Shown here one piece after another: positions 60,586 through 63,879 of a stretch of 63,879 nucleotides of DNA. Below the pieces are notes generated by a model, which had not been told where the DNA came from, did not search any database, and worked only from the letters and a program-made list of their open reading frames with translations. Every line of letters starts with the position of its first letter. Position 1 is the first letter of the stretch. Position numbers and translations under genes: made by a program. The DNA is from Chiloscyllium plagiosum (lineage: Eukaryota). The stretch is from contig NC_057754.1 in assembly GCF_004010195.1 (NCBI RefSeq), forward strand, positions 330,918 through 394,796. The letters run 5' to 3'.

Positions 60586-61459
60586 CTCAGAGTATGGGAA
60601 TAGAGTGTAAAAATAGGGAAGTCTTACTAAAACAGTACAAAGGCACCTGTTAAGACCACATCTTGAATACTATGAATAATTTTGGTCCCCTTATCAGGAA
60701 GGCTATACTGGCATAGGAAGTGGTGCAATGAATGTTAATTAGGTTGACCTAAGTATAGAAGGACTGTCTTATGAGGAAAGATTACATACGCAGGACCTGT
60801 ACTCATTGGAGCTGAGAAGAATGAGAGGTAGTCTTATTGAAACGTACAAGATTCTTAGAGGCTATGACAAGGTGGATGTGGAAAGGTTGTTTCCCCTTAT
60901 GGGAGAGTCTAGGACCAGAGTTGGGGTTTGCCCATTTGTAGAACAGAGGCATAGAAATATAAGCACGGAAACAGACCCTTCAGTCTAACTTGTCCATGCC
61001 AATTCATTTATCCTAAATAAATCAAGTCCCATTTGCCAACATTTGGCCCATAACCCTCTAAACCCTTCCTACTCATATACCCATCCTGATGCCTTTTAAA
61101 TGTTGTAACTGTACCAGCCTCCACCACTTCCCCTGGCAGCTCATTCCATACATGTACCACCCTCTGCATGAAAAAGTCGCCCCTTGGATCCCTTTTAAAT
61201 CTTTATTTAAGACGGAGGTGAGAATAAATTTCTTCTCTGAGACAGAAGTATATTCAAGGCTGAGATAATCACATTTTCATCAGTAATAGAACCAAGTATT
61301 ATGGGAATCAGAGTTGAAAACTACCACATCAGTCATGATCTCATTGAAGGGTGAAGTAGACTCCATGGGCTGAATGGCGTACTGCTGCTCCTGTTGCCAA
61401 TTATCTCCAGGCTACTGCATTACAATAAGGTGCAAGTTATTCTACTGTGTATGGGAACC

Positions 61460-62372
61460 TAAGTTAGAATGGACATGTCATGGGGGAAGTGGGAGAGGGA
61501 GTTGAAATGGATGGTTACAGGAAGGTGGGGTTGGTTGGTGCATATGGACCAGACATGTTCCCTGAACTGTTCTGAGAGTTTGTACTCATCTCCCAAATGT
61601 AGAGAAAACCACATCGAAAACAACGGATGCAGTAAATGAGGTTCGAGGATATGCAGGTACATCTCTGCCGGATTTGGAGTGATCCCTTGGGCGCCCACAC
61701 CTTCCCCCCTACCTTTGTCCAAGGCCTCAGAAGATCATTCCAAAACCAGCAGAAATTTACGTGCATATCCTCAAACCTCATTTACTCCACCTGTTGCTCT
61801 CAATGTGGTCTCCTCTACATTGGAAACAGTTCAGGAAACATCTCTGGCCAGTATGCATCAACCAACCCAACTTTCCTGTAGCCATCCATTTCAACTTCCA
61901 CCACCTAATCAAGGTCACCCGCAAACTGAGGAGGAACATCTCATCTTCCACTTCAGGAGCCTACAACTACATGGCATCAACACTGAATTTATCAGTTTCC
62001 AAATTTCCCCTCTCCTCCCCCCACCCCCATGCCAGATCTAACCCTCCGACTCAGCTCTGCCTTTTGACCTGACCTACCTGTTCATCTTCCTTCCTACTTG
62101 GCCACTCCACACTTCCCATCAACCTGTCACAATCACATCCTACCTTCGCCACCAATTGCCCTTCCAAATACCTTTCCCCTAGACTACCCCTCCATTTATT
62201 TCTCAGCCCCCTTCCCCCTCCCCCCTCTCCCTCTCCAGTCCTGACAAAGGGTTAAGCCCGAAACGTTGATTCTCTTGTTCCTCAGATGCTGCCTAACCTG
62301 CTATGCTTTTTCCAGCGCCACATTTTATTGGCAGTGACTACTCCAGCAGTTGTAGTCCTCACTGTCTCCTAG
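61460..62372 (+). mobile_element. Penelope-like element 3' part (GIY-YIG endonuclease remnant and pLTR) with an inverted GIY-YIG segment at 61460-61685
   Basis: FTCISSNLIYSTCCSQCGLLYIG on +, CTCISSNLIYCIRCFRCGFLYIWE on -; degenerate hammerhead ctgacaaagggttaagcccgaaacgttga at ~62241. Confidence 0.85.
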
Positions 62373-62429
62373 CCTCAGTTTAGACTCCCATCTGAAGAAC
62401 TGCCATTTAGTTGAGAACTCCAAACATCT

Positions 62430-62915
62430 GACCTGGAGAAGGTGCACAGGAAATAGACAAAAATGATACCTGGATCTAAGAAGGTTAAATTATGACAGCA
62501 GTTTTTAGAAACTAGGCTTACATTCCTTTGAATTCAGAAGATAAAAGAGTGATTTAAATAAGTAGTTTAAACTGCTCAAAAAGATTTGAAAAATTAGATG
62601 GACAGAAACTATTTTCTTTAATGGGGAAATCAAGATCATGGGGATGTTCATTTTAAAATTACAGATAGGCAGTTCAAGAATGAAATCACAAAGGATTGTA
62701 AAAATCTTGACCTCTCTCTCTCTCTCTCTGAAGACTCAATGGATGCTCAGGATCAAGTGCAGCTTTCAAGACTGAAATTGATTGACTTTTAGTGGAAAAG
62801 GATATCAAGGGATATGGAACAAATGTGGGTAAATGGAGTCCAGATACCAATTAGATGTGATCTAATTGAAAGGTGGACCTGACTCACAGGGCTGAATAGC
62901 TACTCGTGTTCCTCT
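62430..62915 (+). mobile_element. Degenerate CR1-type LINE 3' part
   Basis: ctggagaaggtgcacagg...gggctgaatagctactc tail. Confidence 0.65.
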
Positions 62916-63717
62916 GAATAGTTTAGCTGGACCATAAGACAGGAAGAAAGTTTTCAACTTGCTATTAGAGAAAAAAAAGAGGATTGAAAGGAGTCCCTCA
63001 CTGCAGCAACAATCCAATCTGACAACTCAATTGCACATTCATACAAGACCATAAGAGCAACTCCAGAAAACACTATTCACAAAGAATTACACATATTGAA
63101 AAAATGTATTTGTTTCAGCCAATTCCTAAGTCATCTCCTCTACCAAATCTACTCTGCCTTGTCCCTGGCATCACCCTAACTCAACCATGCCTGAGAACAG
63201 AGATCAATTCCTTTACTAGACTATGGACCAGACAGCAATGACTAAAACCATCAGATCACCCAAGGAGTCTGCTGCAGGATCCCCTCAATTTTGCCTGATT
63301 GCAGACCTCAAAACAAATATATTTATTAAACGTGGAAGAGTCACAGCTTCATACAAAATAGTTTCACTGAGAAGCCCACTGAGGCTCATTCCACCTCAAA
63401 AGGCAATATCCCCCACCCTTATGGGAGCTAATCAATTTTCCATTTCTCTCTCACACATGCCTACAAGTCAGCAACACGTCACCCCCACAATCAAGATTTC
63501 CTAGGTTTAGAGTAAAATAAGTGACACATTCCAGGGGAAAGTTACTGCCTGTAGCCTGAAGATTGCCAGTACGTAAGGATCTGCTCTTTAATGCACTCAG
63601 TCAGTTCACAGCTCTGTGACTCTTCTCCCTCCCTTGGCTTAGATCGAGGAAGCCTAGCAGCCATTCTGTATATCTGAGAATAGAGAAGACCATTCAGCAC
63701 AGTTAAGCTTAGTTCTA

Positions 63718-63879
63718 TGAGGAGAAAGTGAGGTCTGCAGATGCTGGAGATCAGAGCTGGAAATGTGTTGCTGGAAAAACGCAGCAGGTCAGACAGCATC
63801 CAGGGAACAGGAGAATCGACGTTTCGGGCATAAGCCCTTCTTCAGGAATGAGGAAAGTTTGTCAAACTTTCCTCATTCC
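63718..63879 (-). mobile_element. Penelope-like fold-back (family A), truncated by window edge
   Basis: pLTR on -; palindrome centre ggaatgaggaaagttt-gtc-aaactttcctcattcc at 63845-63879. Confidence 0.85.
63815..63848 (-). ncRNA. Minimal hammerhead ribozyme motif, family A, intact core
   Basis: UUC-CUGAAGA-A-GGGC-UUAU-GCCC-GAAA-CG-UC-GA. Confidence 0.8.

Larger units (their letters stand above)
56380..61400. mobile_element. Nested cluster of degenerate CR1-type LINE fragments on both strands
   Basis: Remnants such as LRRMRGSLIETYKILRGYDKVDVERLFPLMGESRTR (60806-60988) and several 3' tails; internal boundaries approximate. Confidence 0.65.

Noticed and set aside
63542..63673. In-frame N-terminal extension exon of RCOR2
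   Set aside because: Available donors are phase 2 and give an out-of-frame join to either acceptor before the ATG

Overview
Vertebrate genomic DNA, almost certainly from a shark or other elasmobranch (HE1-type tRNA-derived SINEs, CR1-type LINEs, Penelope-like elements). Two genes lie tail to tail. On the + strand are the last three coding exons of MARK2: a 27-nt RNLSFRFAR microexon at 2717-2743, a 45-nt exon at 19582-19626 and the KA1-domain terminal exon at 25988-26330, followed by a ~4.9 kb 3'UTR. On the - strand is a complete 12-coding-exon RCOR2 (CoREST2), 55189 to 36965, 1695 nt / 564 aa, with a ~4.7 kb 3'UTR. The two poly(A) signals are only ~1.1 kb apart. The MARK2 introns hold a ~10 kb 31-bp satellite (about 290 copies, almost all carrying TGACGTG[G/A] on the - strand) and a CpG-dense 29-bp minisatellite inside a higher-order duplication. 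The most notable non-genic signal is about 13 minimal type-I hammerhead-ribozyme motifs (CUGANGA-stem II-GAAA-palindromic ACGU/AGCU). They belong to two Penelope-like families and are carried mostly by short fold-back insertions with 10-20 bp target-site duplications. There is also a 214-bp TA-flanked MER6-like Tigger MITE. One assembly gap (431 N) lies at 49638-50068. All family names come from recognition by eye, not from database searches.
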